From NCBI GenBank assembly GCA_031976395.1, contig DALYLJ010000001.1:1-56893 (forward strand): DNA of 56,893 bases. The letters run 5' to 3'. Both the position numbers and the translations under genes were made by a program. The notes beneath the pieces were generated by a model, which was given only the letters and a program-made list of their open reading frames with translations, searched no databases and was not told the DNA's origin. Each line of letters opens with the position of its first letter. Within the stretch, counting starts at the first letter, position 1. This document shows positions 39,324 through 48,693 of this stretch, one piece after another. Source of the DNA: Lysobacteraceae bacterium (GTDB lineage Bacteria; Pseudomonadota; Gammaproteobacteria; Xanthomonadales; Xanthomonadaceae).

Positions 39324-40523
39324 ATGTTCGACGCATTACTGGCATTCCTGAACGACGGCCTGACCGGTGCCGGCTTCGGGGCGATGGCCCTCTTCTTTCT
39401 GATCGTGACCCAGATGACGATCTTCTCGGTCACCCTCTACCTGCATCGCAGCCAGGCCCATCGCGGTGTCGATTTCCATCCCGTGCTCGCCCACGCCTTC
39501 CGCTTCTGGTGCTGGCTGACCACGGCCATGCGGACCCGCGAGTGGGTCGCCATCCACCGCAAGCACCACGCCCGTTGCGAAACCCCGGATGATCCGCACA
39601 GCCCGCGCTTCTTCGGGATCAACCGCGTGCTCTGGCGTGGCGTCGAGTTGTACCAGATCGAGACCCACAACCGCGACACGATCGAGAAGTACGGCAAGGG
39701 CGCACCCGAGGACTGGCTGGAACGCCACCTCTATACTCCGCTCAACTGGCTCGGCCCGACCACCATGCTGGCGATCGACTTCGCCCTGTTCGGGGTGGCC
39801 GGCATCGCCCTGTGGGCCTTGCAGATGGCCTGGATCCCGTTCTGGGCAGCCGGCGTCGTCAATGGCCTCGGCCACTGGTGGGGCTACCGCAACTTCGAGA
39901 CCCGCGACACCGCCACCAATCTCACCCCGTGGGGCGTCTGGATCGGCGGCGAGGAACTGCACAACAACCACCACACCTTCCCGAGTTCAGCCCGGTTCTC
40001 GCTGCGCCGCTGGGAATTCGACATCGGCTGGGCGGCGATCCGGCTGTTCGAGACCCTCGGCCTGGCCCGCGTGCTTCGGGTGGCCCCACGCCTGGATGCC
40101 CGTCCGAACATCGCCGTGCCGGACAGCGAGACGCTCAAGGCCGTGCTCGCCCATCGCTATCAGGTGATGACCGAATACTTCCGGACCGTCACCCTGCCGA
40201 CCCTGCGCGAGGAGATGCAGCAGGCCGGCGAGACCGTTCGGTCGATCCCGCGCCGACTGCGCAAATCGCTCGCCAACGGTGGCCAGTGGCTCGACGACAG
40301 CAGCCGTCGGCGGATCGACGCGATCATCGCCCAGCGGCCGAACCTGCAAACCGTGGCCGAGTACCGTGCGCGTCTGACCCAGTTGATGGAACTGCGCGGC
40401 AGCGAAGCCAGCCTGCGGGCACTGCAACAATGGGTGCGCGAAGCCGAAGCCTCGGGCATCCAGGCACTGGAACTGTTCTCCGCCCGCCTGCGCAGCTACG
40501 CCACCGCCCCGGCCAGGGCCTGA
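39324..40523 (+). CDS. Membrane acyl-CoA/acyl-lipid delta-9-type fatty acid desaturase
   Basis: I trimmed the ORF to the ATG at 39324, which is preceded by GGAGA. The three histidine boxes are HRSQAH, HRKHH and HNNHH. TM segments flank them. Confidence 0.88.
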   Translation: MFDALLAFLNDGLTGAGFGAMALFFLIVTQMTIFSVTLYLHRSQAHRGVDFHPVLAHAFRFWCWLTTAMRTREWVAIHRKHHARCETPDDPHSPRFFGINRVLWRGVELYQIETHNRDTIEKYGKGAPEDWLERHLYTPLNWLGPTTMLAIDFALFGVAGIALWALQMAWIPFWAAGVVNGLGHWWGYRNFETRDTATNLTPWGVWIGGEELHNNHHTFPSSARFSLRRWEFDIGWAAIRLFETLGLARVLRVAPRLDARPNIAVPDSETLKAVLAHRYQVMTEYFRTVTLPTLREEMQQAGETVRSIPRRLRKSLANGGQWLDDSSRRRIDAIIAQRPNLQTVAEYRARLTQLMELRGSEASLRALQQWVREAEASGIQALELFSARLRSYATAPARA

Positions 40524-40596
40524 TCCGACGCCGACAACCAGGCCGCCTGCGCCACGGGTGCGGGCGGCCGGCCGGCATCGGCAGCATGGTCGCGCC

Positions 40597-41064
40597 ATGA
40601 GCCTCGAACGACAACTGCCGCGCTTCCTGGTCGCAGGCACGATCGGTTTCGCGGTCGATGCCGGCGTCCTCTATGCGGCGCTGGCGCTCGGCGCCGATTA
40701 CTACAGCGGCCGCCTGGTTTCGTTCTGTCTGGCGGTCGCAACCACCTGGCTGATCAATCGGCGCTGGACCTTCGAGCACCACCGGGTGCGACCGAGCCTC
40801 GCCGAATTCAGCCGTTACTTCGGCGCCATGCTGCTCGGCGGCGCGGTCAATTACGCCAGCTATGCACTGATCGTCGCCACCCTGCCGCGCACTCCCTGGC
40901 TGCCGCTGGTAGCCGTCGCAGCCGGCTCGATCGCTGGCCTCGGCGTCAACTTCACCAGCGCCCGCCTGTGGGTGTTCCGCACGGATCGGGCTCGGACAGA
41001 CAGGCCAGCAGCCGAGCCGGAAACAACCCAGCCCGAACGATCGTCCGGCCCATCGTCCGATTGA
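40597..41064 (+). CDS. GtrA-family membrane protein
   Basis: RFLVAGTIGFAVDAGVLYAAL...SFCLAVATTWLINRRWTF matches the GtrA-like pattern. Four TM helices are predicted by eye. I trimmed the ORF to the ATG at 40597. Confidence 0.78.
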   Translation: MSLERQLPRFLVAGTIGFAVDAGVLYAALALGADYYSGRLVSFCLAVATTWLINRRWTFEHHRVRPSLAEFSRYFGAMLLGGAVNYASYALIVATLPRTPWLPLVAVAAGSIAGLGVNFTSARLWVFRTDRARTDRPAAEPETTQPERSSGPSSD

Positions 41065-41080
41065 CCGAGCGATCGCCGGC

Positions 41081-44000
41081 TCAGGCCAGCGGTCGCCGGG
41101 CACCGAGGAATGCCCGCACATGGGCCGGCTTGATCGGCTTGGTCAGCACGGGATATCCCAGATCCCGAGCACGTCGCTTCAATGCATCACTGCCGTCGGC
41201 CGTGACCAGGGCACCCGGACAGACACCGCCTGAAACCCGCGCCAGTGCCTGCAACGCCTCCAGACCATCGAGGCGATCGTGCAGGTGGAAATCGACCAGC
41301 AATCGATCGGGCGGATCCGCCTGCGCCGCCGCCAGTGCGGCGTCGATGGTCTCGGCACAGGTGACCCGCACGCCCCAGCGACCGAGCAGGGCGGTCATGC
41401 CATCGAGAATCTCGCGATCGTTGTCCAGACACAGCACATGCAGGCCGCGCAGGGCGCGCTCGACCGGCTCGCTGTGCGGTCGGACCGCCGCAGCGGTGGT
41501 GTGGCTGATCGGTGCCCGGATGGCGAATACGCTGCCCCGACCCGGCCGCGAACGCACCCGCATCGGATGACCGAGCATCCGGCTGATCCGCTGACAGATC
41601 GACAGACCCAGGCCAAGTCCGTGCTCACCCCAGGGCGATGGGCTGTCGAGTCGCTTGAACTCCTCGAAAATCTGCCGCAGATGATGCTCCGGAATACCGG
41701 CACCGGTGTCCCAGACCTCGATCTCCAGCCACTCGCCACGACGGCGACCACCCAGCACCACCCGCCCGGTCGAGGTGTAGCGGAGGGCATTGACGACCAG
41801 GTTCTGAATCACCCGTCGCAGCAGTCGGCGATCACTGCGGACATCGATCCGGGTGCCATGGGTACGAAAAACCAGCCCGCGCTTGGTCGCCAGCGGTGCG
41901 TACTGCTCGGCGATGTCGGCCAGCAGGCCATCGACTGCGAACACGGTGATCTCCGGCTTGAGCACACCCGCCTCCAGGCGGGAAATGTCGAGCAGCCCGT
42001 CGAGCAGTTCCTCGGCGGCGCGCAGCGAGGTATCGACGCGCTCGGCCAACCGGCGCTGCTCGGCACTGTCATCGGTATCGCGCAAGGCCGAGGCGAACAG
42101 GCGAGCGGCATTGAGCGGTTGCAGAACATCATGGCTGAGGGCGGTGAGGAATCGGGTCTTGGACTCGTTGGCCGCGACCGCATCCTGGCGCGCCTGACGC
42201 TGGGCCTCGACCGCCGAAGCGAGTTCACGAGTGCGCTGGGCGACCCGCGCCTCCAGGGTCTCGTTGGCCTCCCGCAATGCCTGCTCGACCCGCTTGTAGT
42301 CGGTCACATCGCTATAGGTGCTGACATAGCCACCGCCAGCCAGCGGCTGGCCACGCACCTCGATCACCTGACCACTCGGGCGCACCCGCTCGAACAGGTG
42401 CGGACTGCCCTGGCGCAGGTGCGCGACCCGCTTGGCGACCATCGCATCGACATCGCCCGAACCCATCTCACCATGCTCGGCATTGAAGCGGATCAGATCG
42501 GCGACCGGCCGACCGACATAGAGCATGCCGTCCGGATAGCCGAACAGGGTCTGATAGCGACGATTCCAGGCGATCAGACGGAGATCGCGATCGACCACAC
42601 TGACGGCCTGCGACAGATTCTCCAGCGTGGTCGATAGCACCTCCCGGTTGAAGCGCAGTTCCTGGCTGGCCTCATCGAGCAGATTGACCACCTCGCCAAT
42701 CTCCATGCCGGTGCCGCGCAGGGCACTGGTCAGGGTCAGACGGGCGGACGCCGCACCGATCGAAGCCGCCAGCAGCCGCTCGCAGAACTGCACCAGGGCA
42801 CGGTCGGCCGGCGCATCCTCATCCAGTTCCCGGTGCTGGGATGCCAGATGCTCCTCGAACCCGCGTCGGGCCTCGCGTACACCGAGCACACGACCGGCCA
42901 GGGCAAGCAGATCGCCGGCCCGGACATTGCCGCGCCAGCCATTGTCGGCAACCGACCGGGAAGCGTAGGGGTCGAGGAAAGGGGTCGCCCGGATGCGGTC
43001 CTCGAAGCTCGGCCGATAGCGCGCCGAAACCACCATCAGGGCACCGATGTTGAACAGCAGCGACCAGAACGTGCCATGGGTGATGGCATCCCAGCCGCTG
43101 ACCCCGAACAACTGCTCGGGCCGCAGCCAGCCGAGGCCGAGCGGCCCCTGCTGCAACCACGCCTCGCCCAACCAACCGGCGCGCGACAGGGTCGGCAGCA
43201 GCAGGGTGTACAGCCACAGTGCGAATCCGACACTCAGGCCGGCATAGACCCCGACCCGACTCGCCCCCCGCCAGTACAGGCCACCGATCAGGGCCGGCGC
43301 GAACTGGGCGACGGCAGCGAAGGCCAGCAGTCCGAACGCAGCCAGATTGCCGGTGTTGCCGGCGACCCGGTAATAGGCGTAGGCGACCGCAGCCAGCACG
43401 ATGATGCTCAGTCGGCGCACCCACAGCAGCAGATCACCGACCGGATTGTGGCGATCGGCGCGCAGCAGGCCGGTCCGCCACAGCGCTGGCATCACCAGAT
43501 CGTTGCTGATCATGGTCGCCAGGGCGACGCTGGCGACGATCACCATGCCGGTGGCCGCCGAGAAGCCACCGACATAGGCGGCCAGCGCCAATGCCTCGTT
43601 GCCCTGCAGCAAGGGCAGGGCCAGCACGTAGGCATCGGCAGCGATGCCCTGCCCGGCCAGCACGGCGGTTCCAGCCGCCGTGATCGGCAATACCATCAGA
43701 CAGATCAACACCAGATAGCCGACAAACCACCAGCGCGCCCGCCCGACATCGCCGGCCTCCTCGCACTCGACCACCGCGACCTGAAACTGGCGCGGCAGGC
43801 AGACGATGGCGGTGAAGGCGAGCAGGGTCTGCGCAACGAACCCCCTGGGCAGTTCGTGACGCGCGAATTCGGCCAGGGTCGCGGCCAGCCGCTGGCTGAG
43901 CCCGTCGGCACCCGGCAGCAGTGAGAAGGCGTAGGCACCGAGCATCAGGAAGGCCACCAGCTTGACCACCGATTCCAGCGCCACTGCCAGCATCATGCCG

Positions 44001-44569
44001 TGATGGTGCTCGGTGGCATCGATCCGGCGAGTGCCGAACAGGATCGCGAACAACGCCAGCAGGGCCGCGACGTACAGCGCCGGATCGGCCAGCCATGGCC
44101 GCTCGCCAAGATCGCCACGGGGAGCATCGGTGAGGACATCAATGCTCATCGCCACCGCCTTCAGTTGCAGGGCGAGGTAGGGAATCACCGCGACCACGGC
44201 GATCGAACTGACCAGGGCCGCCAGACCCTGGCCACGACCGAAGCGGGCACCGATGAAGTCGGCGATCGACACGGTGTTCTGCTCGTGGCCGATCAGCACG
44301 ATCCGCTCCAGCATGCGCCAAGCGAACACGAACAGCAGAATCGGACCAAGATAGATCGGCAGAAAGCCCCAGCCGGTGCTGGCGGCCGTACCGACCGCAC
44401 CGTAGAACGTCCACGACGAGCAGTAGACCGCCAGCGCCAGACTGTAGACCATCGGCCGCAGCCAGGAATGCTGCGGATACAGCGGCCGCCGGTCGCCATA
44501 CCAGGCGACCGCGAACAGCAGCCCGACATAGCCGACCGAAACCGCCAGCAAGACCCATCCAGCGACCAC
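41081..44569 (-). CDS. Hybrid sensor histidine kinase/response regulator with an N-terminal sodium:solute-symporter-like domain (CrbS/MxtR/CbrA-like architecture)
   Basis: I propose a GTG start at 44569, 6 nt after GGGAGGG. The first ~560 aa form a multi-TM SSF-like domain. A PAS domain follows (VSVVDRDLRLIAWNRRYQTLFGYP). HisKA is KTRFLTALSHDVLQPLN. HATPase_c is EVWDTGAGIP...GLGLGLSI. The C-terminal receiver reads VLCLDNDREILDGM...LLVDFHL. Confidence 0.9.
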   Translation of the reverse strand: MVAGWVLLAVSVGYVGLLFAVAWYGDRRPLYPQHSWLRPMVYSLALAVYCSSWTFYGAVGTAASTGWGFLPIYLGPILLFVFAWRMLERIVLIGHEQNTVSIADFIGARFGRGQGLAALVSSIAVVAVIPYLALQLKAVAMSIDVLTDAPRGDLGERPWLADPALYVAALLALFAILFGTRRIDATEHHHGMMLAVALESVVKLVAFLMLGAYAFSLLPGADGLSQRLAATLAEFARHELPRGFVAQTLLAFTAIVCLPRQFQVAVVECEEAGDVGRARWWFVGYLVLICLMVLPITAAGTAVLAGQGIAADAYVLALPLLQGNEALALAAYVGGFSAATGMVIVASVALATMISNDLVMPALWRTGLLRADRHNPVGDLLLWVRRLSIIVLAAVAYAYYRVAGNTGNLAAFGLLAFAAVAQFAPALIGGLYWRGASRVGVYAGLSVGFALWLYTLLLPTLSRAGWLGEAWLQQGPLGLGWLRPEQLFGVSGWDAITHGTFWSLLFNIGALMVVSARYRPSFEDRIRATPFLDPYASRSVADNGWRGNVRAGDLLALAGRVLGVREARRGFEEHLASQHRELDEDAPADRALVQFCERLLAASIGAASARLTLTSALRGTGMEIGEVVNLLDEASQELRFNREVLSTTLENLSQAVSVVDRDLRLIAWNRRYQTLFGYPDGMLYVGRPVADLIRFNAEHGEMGSGDVDAMVAKRVAHLRQGSPHLFERVRPSGQVIEVRGQPLAGGGYVSTYSDVTDYKRVEQALREANETLEARVAQRTRELASAVEAQRQARQDAVAANESKTRFLTALSHDVLQPLNAARLFASALRDTDDSAEQRRLAERVDTSLRAAEELLDGLLDISRLEAGVLKPEITVFAVDGLLADIAEQYAPLATKRGLVFRTHGTRIDVRSDRRLLRRVIQNLVVNALRYTSTGRVVLGGRRRGEWLEIEVWDTGAGIPEHHLRQIFEEFKRLDSPSPWGEHGLGLGLSICQRISRMLGHPMRVRSRPGRGSVFAIRAPISHTTAAAVRPHSEPVERALRGLHVLCLDNDREILDGMTALLGRWGVRVTCAETIDAALAAAQADPPDRLLVDFHLHDRLDGLEALQALARVSGGVCPGALVTADGSDALKRRARDLGYPVLTKPIKPAHVRAFLGARRPLA

Positions 44570-44655
44570 CGAAATCCCTCCCCACCGGGTGCCTGGCCGA
44601 TGATAGCCCGCAGCGTGGTGCGACCGGGCATCGACCGCTCGGCTCGACCCACGCA

Positions 44656-44677
44656 GCCGCATGTACCGGCATGCGGC
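44656..44677. promoter_or_regulatory. Inverted repeat gccgcatg-N6-catgcggc in the divergent crbS-like/DUF294 intergenic region
   Basis: Read directly from the sequence: 8-bp perfect arms with a 6-nt spacer. It is a candidate operator. Function is not established. Confidence 0.3.
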
Positions 44678-44710
44678 GAAAGTCGAAGTGACGGCCCGAT
44701 CGCGACATGG

Positions 44711-44732
44711 CACCCTGGATGACACCCTGGAT
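44711..44732. repeat. Tandem direct repeat CACCCTGGAT-ga-CACCCTGGAT in the same divergent intergenic region
   Basis: Read directly from the sequence: two identical 10-mers with a 12-bp period. This geometry suits a response-regulator or other dimeric DNA-binding protein. Confidence 0.35.
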
Positions 44733-44861
44733 CGCCACCATGCCCCCCGCGCGCACTGCCTTGCCTTCGGCCAACCCGTCGCCCGAACCTGCCTGCCCGG
44801 CGCGGCCAGCCTGCTGTCGCTCGACGGCCGGCCGACTCAGTGCAGCCATCGGGTGCGGCGC

Positions 44862-46706
44862 ATGAGTCCCGTGAGCGAATCCCTGCCCGGCCTCGACCTC
44901 GACGCACCGCCGTTCGACCTGCTTGACGCCGGATCGCGGCAGCGCCTGCTGGCAGCGGTCGATCTCGGCTACTTCCCGATCGACACCGTGCTGATCGAAC
45001 AGGGCCGGGCCTCCGAGCACTTCTTCGTGGTGCTCAAGGGCCGGGTGCTCGCCTTCGAGCGGCGCGAGGGCGAAGAGCACCGGTTCGCAGACTTCGGTCC
45101 CGGCGAGGTGTTCGGCGCCTTCGCCGTGATCATCGGCCGAGCCCGGCACGGCTACCGCGCACTGGAAGACACCCTCTGTTTCCAGATTCCCGCTGCCGTA
45201 TTCAAACGCCTGCTGACAGACAACCCGCGCTTCGCCGCCTGGTTTCACGAAGGGCTTGCGGTCAAGCAGCAACTCGCCGACAATCCGCAGCCCAGCGAAC
45301 TCGGCCGGCTGATGCTGACCCGAGTCGGCGATGCCCAACTGGCACCGGCCGTGACCGTCCCCGACACGACCGGCATCGCCGACGCCTGCGACCGGATGCG
45401 CTCGCAACGAGTCGATTGCCTGATGGTCGCCGCCGATGCCGACCAGCACGAACTCGGCATCGTCACCCGCACCGACCTGCTGGATGCCCTGGCCCTGCAC
45501 CGCCGCCCCTGCGACAGCCCGATCGCCGACCTGGCCAGTCGGCCATTGATCACCGTCCGTGCCCAGGACGCGCTGTTCCAGGCCCTGGTCACGATGACCG
45601 AGCGGCACATCGAACGGGTGGCCGTGCGTGATGGTGAACGGATCATCGGCACCCTGGGGATGGCCGAAGTGCTGGCCCACTACGCCAGCACCTCGCACCT
45701 GATCAGCCTGCGCCTGGCGCGTGCGCGCACACTCGCCGAGGTCGCCGATGCCGCACAGGGCCTGACCGAACTGGTCCGCACCCTCAATGCCCAGGGCGCA
45801 CGGGTGAGCTACCTGATGGAAATGGTCAGCGCACTGAACGGGCGGATCATGCGCCGAATCTTCGAGTCGATCGTCCCGGAGCGCCATCGCGATCATCTGT
45901 GCCTGCTGGTTCTGGGCAGTGAAGGCCGACGCGAGCAGATCCTCAAGACCGACCAGGACAACGCCTTGATCATCGCCGACAGCCTCGACTGGCCGGACCA
46001 CGACCAGGGCGGGCTCGACGCCGCCATGGCCCGCTTCAGCGCCGCCCTGGCCGAGGTCGGCTACCCGCCCTGCCCCGGCGCCGTGATGGTCAGCAACCGG
46101 CATTGGCGGATGACCGTCGGAGGCTGGCTGGAACGGATCGAGCGCTGGCATCGAAACCCGGACGGCCAGGCCATGCTGGACCTGTCGATCGTGCTCGATG
46201 CCCGGTTCATCGCCGGCCGGGAATCGCTGTTCCAACCGCTCGCCGAAGCCCTGCTGGCGCTGGGCCGCGACGACATCCTGATCCGGCAACTGGCCGAACC
46301 TGCGGTGCGCTTCGGACCGGCACTCACCTTGTTCGGCCAGGTCAAGGGCGACCGGGACGGCACCGACATCAAGAAAGGAGGCCTGTTCCCCCTGGTTCAC
46401 GGCCTGCGGGTACTGGCCCTCAAGCATGGCATCGGCCGCCGCAACAGCTTTGATCGTTGCCAGGCCCTGGTCGAGGCCGGCGTCCTGCCGGAATCGCTCG
46501 GCCACGACCTCGCCCAGGCCATGGCGGTGCTCCAGCGATTGCGGCTGAACCGCCAGCTCGACGCCCTCACCCATGGCGAACCGCCAGACAACCGGATCGT
46601 TGCCGCCACGCTCGGCACCCTCGATCGCGAATGGCTGCGCGACGCCCTGCGGGTGGTCAAATCGTTCAACGGCTTCCTCGCCGAAGCCCTGCACCTGAAG
46701 CTCTGA
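44862..46706 (+). CDS. cNMP-binding / tandem CBS / DUF294 putative nucleotidyltransferase protein
   Basis: I trimmed the ORF to the ATG at 44862. The cNMP-binding fold reads FFVVLKGRVLAFER...FGPGEVFGAFAVI. A CBS pair is present (RVDCLMVA...GIVTRTDLL; IERVAVRDGERIIGTLG). The NTase core reads LLVLGSEGRREQILKTDQDNALII, and a DUF294_C-like helical end follows. Confidence 0.85.
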   Translation: MSPVSESLPGLDLDAPPFDLLDAGSRQRLLAAVDLGYFPIDTVLIEQGRASEHFFVVLKGRVLAFERREGEEHRFADFGPGEVFGAFAVIIGRARHGYRALEDTLCFQIPAAVFKRLLTDNPRFAAWFHEGLAVKQQLADNPQPSELGRLMLTRVGDAQLAPAVTVPDTTGIADACDRMRSQRVDCLMVAADADQHELGIVTRTDLLDALALHRRPCDSPIADLASRPLITVRAQDALFQALVTMTERHIERVAVRDGERIIGTLGMAEVLAHYASTSHLISLRLARARTLAEVADAAQGLTELVRTLNAQGARVSYLMEMVSALNGRIMRRIFESIVPERHRDHLCLLVLGSEGRREQILKTDQDNALIIADSLDWPDHDQGGLDAAMARFSAALAEVGYPPCPGAVMVSNRHWRMTVGGWLERIERWHRNPDGQAMLDLSIVLDARFIAGRESLFQPLAEALLALGRDDILIRQLAEPAVRFGPALTLFGQVKGDRDGTDIKKGGLFPLVHGLRVLALKHGIGRRNSFDRCQALVEAGVLPESLGHDLAQAMAVLQRLRLNRQLDALTHGEPPDNRIVAATLGTLDREWLRDALRVVKSFNGFLAEALHLKL

Positions 46707-46707
46707 C

Positions 46708-47340
46708 ATGTCGGCGGTGATGCGCTGGTGGTTGCGACGCAGGCACGGACGAGGGCCGTGGCGCGGCCTGCTCGACCCCCACCCCGGTGACGAACAGGTC
46801 TCGCTCGACCTCGAAACCACCGGCCTCGACCCCCGCCACGATCGAATCGTCGCCCTGGCCGCCGTACCGATCCGCGACGGCCGCATCCGGCTGTCGGAGC
46901 GCTACACCCGGCTGGTCAACCCCGGCCGCAGCTTCGGCATCGACTCGATCCGGCACCATCGGCTTCGGCCCAGCGACCTGATCGACGCCCCGCGCCTGGA
47001 GACCCTTCTGCCGGATTTCCTCACCTGGCTCGGCAACCGGCCGCTGCTCGGCTACTGCATCCGCTTCGACCTGGCCATGCTGGCCGGCCCGACCCGCGCC
47101 CTGACCGGCTTCACCCTGGTCAATCGCCGGATCGACATCGGGTTCGAGTACGCCGCCCGTCAGCGCCGACGGCATCCGGAAACCGAACCCAGGCTCGACC
47201 TCGACTCGATTGCCCGCGCCCTGGACGTACCGATCCTCGAACGCCACAGCGCACTCGGCGACGCCCTGACCGTAGCGATGTGCTGGCTGGCCTTGCAAGC
47301 CGATCGCACCGGCTCGAACCAGACCAGCCGACTGCGGTGA
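46708..47340 (+). CDS. DnaQ-like DEDDh 3'-5' exonuclease
   Basis: ExoI is VSLDLETTGLDP. ExoII-like is LLGYCIRFDLAML. ExoIII is HSALGDALTVAM. It starts 1 nt after the DUF294 stop, so the two genes are likely co-translated. Confidence 0.85.
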   Translation: MSAVMRWWLRRRHGRGPWRGLLDPHPGDEQVSLDLETTGLDPRHDRIVALAAVPIRDGRIRLSERYTRLVNPGRSFGIDSIRHHRLRPSDLIDAPRLETLLPDFLTWLGNRPLLGYCIRFDLAMLAGPTRALTGFTLVNRRIDIGFEYAARQRRRHPETEPRLDLDSIARALDVPILERHSALGDALTVAMCWLALQADRTGSNQTSRLR

Positions 47341-47483
47341 ACCGCCCCCGATCGCCCGACGCGCTCGACCCGGCGCCGCACGGGCCGCTCCCGGCGCCCG
47401 AACCCCAGGTTGCCAGTCCCGGCCCCCCACTCCTCCCGGTTCAGGTTAAACTCCCCCGCACCGGCGCTGGGGAGAGCCGTAAC

Positions 47484-48527
47484 GTGCCAGGAACAGAAAA
47501 CGCCCGCACCATCGATCCGCAGCATGGCGCCGATCGCTTCGGAGCCGTGCCGCCGCCGCGCATGACCCTTTTGCCCCGACAACTGTCGGCCATCGAGTTC
47601 GATCTGTTCCTGGGTACCGGCGAACCGATTCTGGTGGCCACCGGCCAGACCCTGTTTCGGCGTGGCGAAGCCGGTCGCCACATGTTCGTGGTCGAATCCG
47701 GTCGGATCGAACTCGATTTCGGCGACGACCTGCCGCGCAAGTACATCGAGGCACAGGAATACTTCGGCGAACTGGCACTGTTCATCGGCGAACACGGCCG
47801 CATGGCCAATGCCACCGCGCTCGAACCGGCCCGCCTGCGGGTGGTCGATCGCGATGACTTCGAACGGCTGCTGGCCTCGTCTCCGGAGGTGCTCGCCCGC
47901 TTCATGCTGCGCTCGTTCTCCTACCTGGTCGCCAGCGAACAGCACCTGATCCAGAACCTGCGTCGGCGCAACGAAGAGCTGATGCAGACACTCGACTCGC
48001 TGCGCCGAACCCGCGGTGAACTGGGCGCCGCGCGCCGACTCTCGATCAGCGACGAACTGACCGGCCTGGCCAACCGCCGCGGCCTCTACCAGCACCTGGA
48101 AAGCCTGCGCGAACACCCACCACAGCCCGAGCGACGGCTTGGTCTGCTGCTGGTCGATGTCGATCACTTCAAGCAGATCAACGACCGTAACGGCCATCTG
48201 GTCGGCGATCGGGTTCTGCAGGGGGTCGCCGACTGCCTGCGTCGGGCCGCCGGCAGCGATGACCTGCCATGCCGACTCGGCGGCGATGAGTTCGCCTTGC
48301 TGCTGGTCGCCAGCGATCCCGAGCAACTGGCCGAGCGTGCGGCCCGACTGGTCGCGATGGTGCGCCAGATGCAACTCGTCGAGGGCGCACCGGGCCTGCG
48401 GCCCAGTGTCAGCGTCGGCGGCTGCCTGGCCGATCCCAGCGAGGAGTGGGCGGTCTGCTACAGTCACGCCGATACCGCGCTGTATCGCGTCAAGGCCCAG
48501 GGTGGCGACGGCTGGTCACTGTACTGA
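47484..48527 (+). CDS. Diguanylate cyclase with an N-terminal cyclic-nucleotide-binding domain
   Basis: I propose a GTG start at 47484, 7 nt after GGGGAGAG; the ATG at 47562 is an alternative. The cNMP domain reads FRRGEAGRHMFVVESGRIEL...YFGELALF. A coiled-coil follows. The GGDEF domain reads DELTGLANRRG...LLLVDVDHFKQINDRNGHLVGD...LPCRLGGDEFALLL. Confidence 0.85.
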   Translation: MPGTENARTIDPQHGADRFGAVPPPRMTLLPRQLSAIEFDLFLGTGEPILVATGQTLFRRGEAGRHMFVVESGRIELDFGDDLPRKYIEAQEYFGELALFIGEHGRMANATALEPARLRVVDRDDFERLLASSPEVLARFMLRSFSYLVASEQHLIQNLRRRNEELMQTLDSLRRTRGELGAARRLSISDELTGLANRRGLYQHLESLREHPPQPERRLGLLLVDVDHFKQINDRNGHLVGDRVLQGVADCLRRAAGSDDLPCRLGGDEFALLLVASDPEQLAERAARLVAMVRQMQLVEGAPGLRPSVSVGGCLADPSEEWAVCYSHADTALYRVKAQGGDGWSLY

Positions 48528-48693
48528 GCCCGACCCGACCGCATAGCTGCCGGCCGACTCATGGCCGGCCCCGATGTTCAGGACAGTCCAGCATCGGAGC
48601 GAACCGAGCCGCTCGCGCATCGACGTATCATGAACCGACGCGCGGCCCAGGATGCACCCCAGTCAATCTGCCAGCGGAACCGGTGACGACCCC

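Noticed and set aside
44139-46886. 915-aa ORF on the minus strand, the longest unexplained ORF in the window
   Set aside because: It is antisense to the cNMP/CBS/DUF294 gene, whose frame carries clear domain motifs. The 915-aa product is Gly/Ala/Arg/Gln/His-rich, has no motif I recognise, and overlaps the real start of the sensor kinase. This is the typical stop-codon-poor shadow ORF of high-GC DNA.
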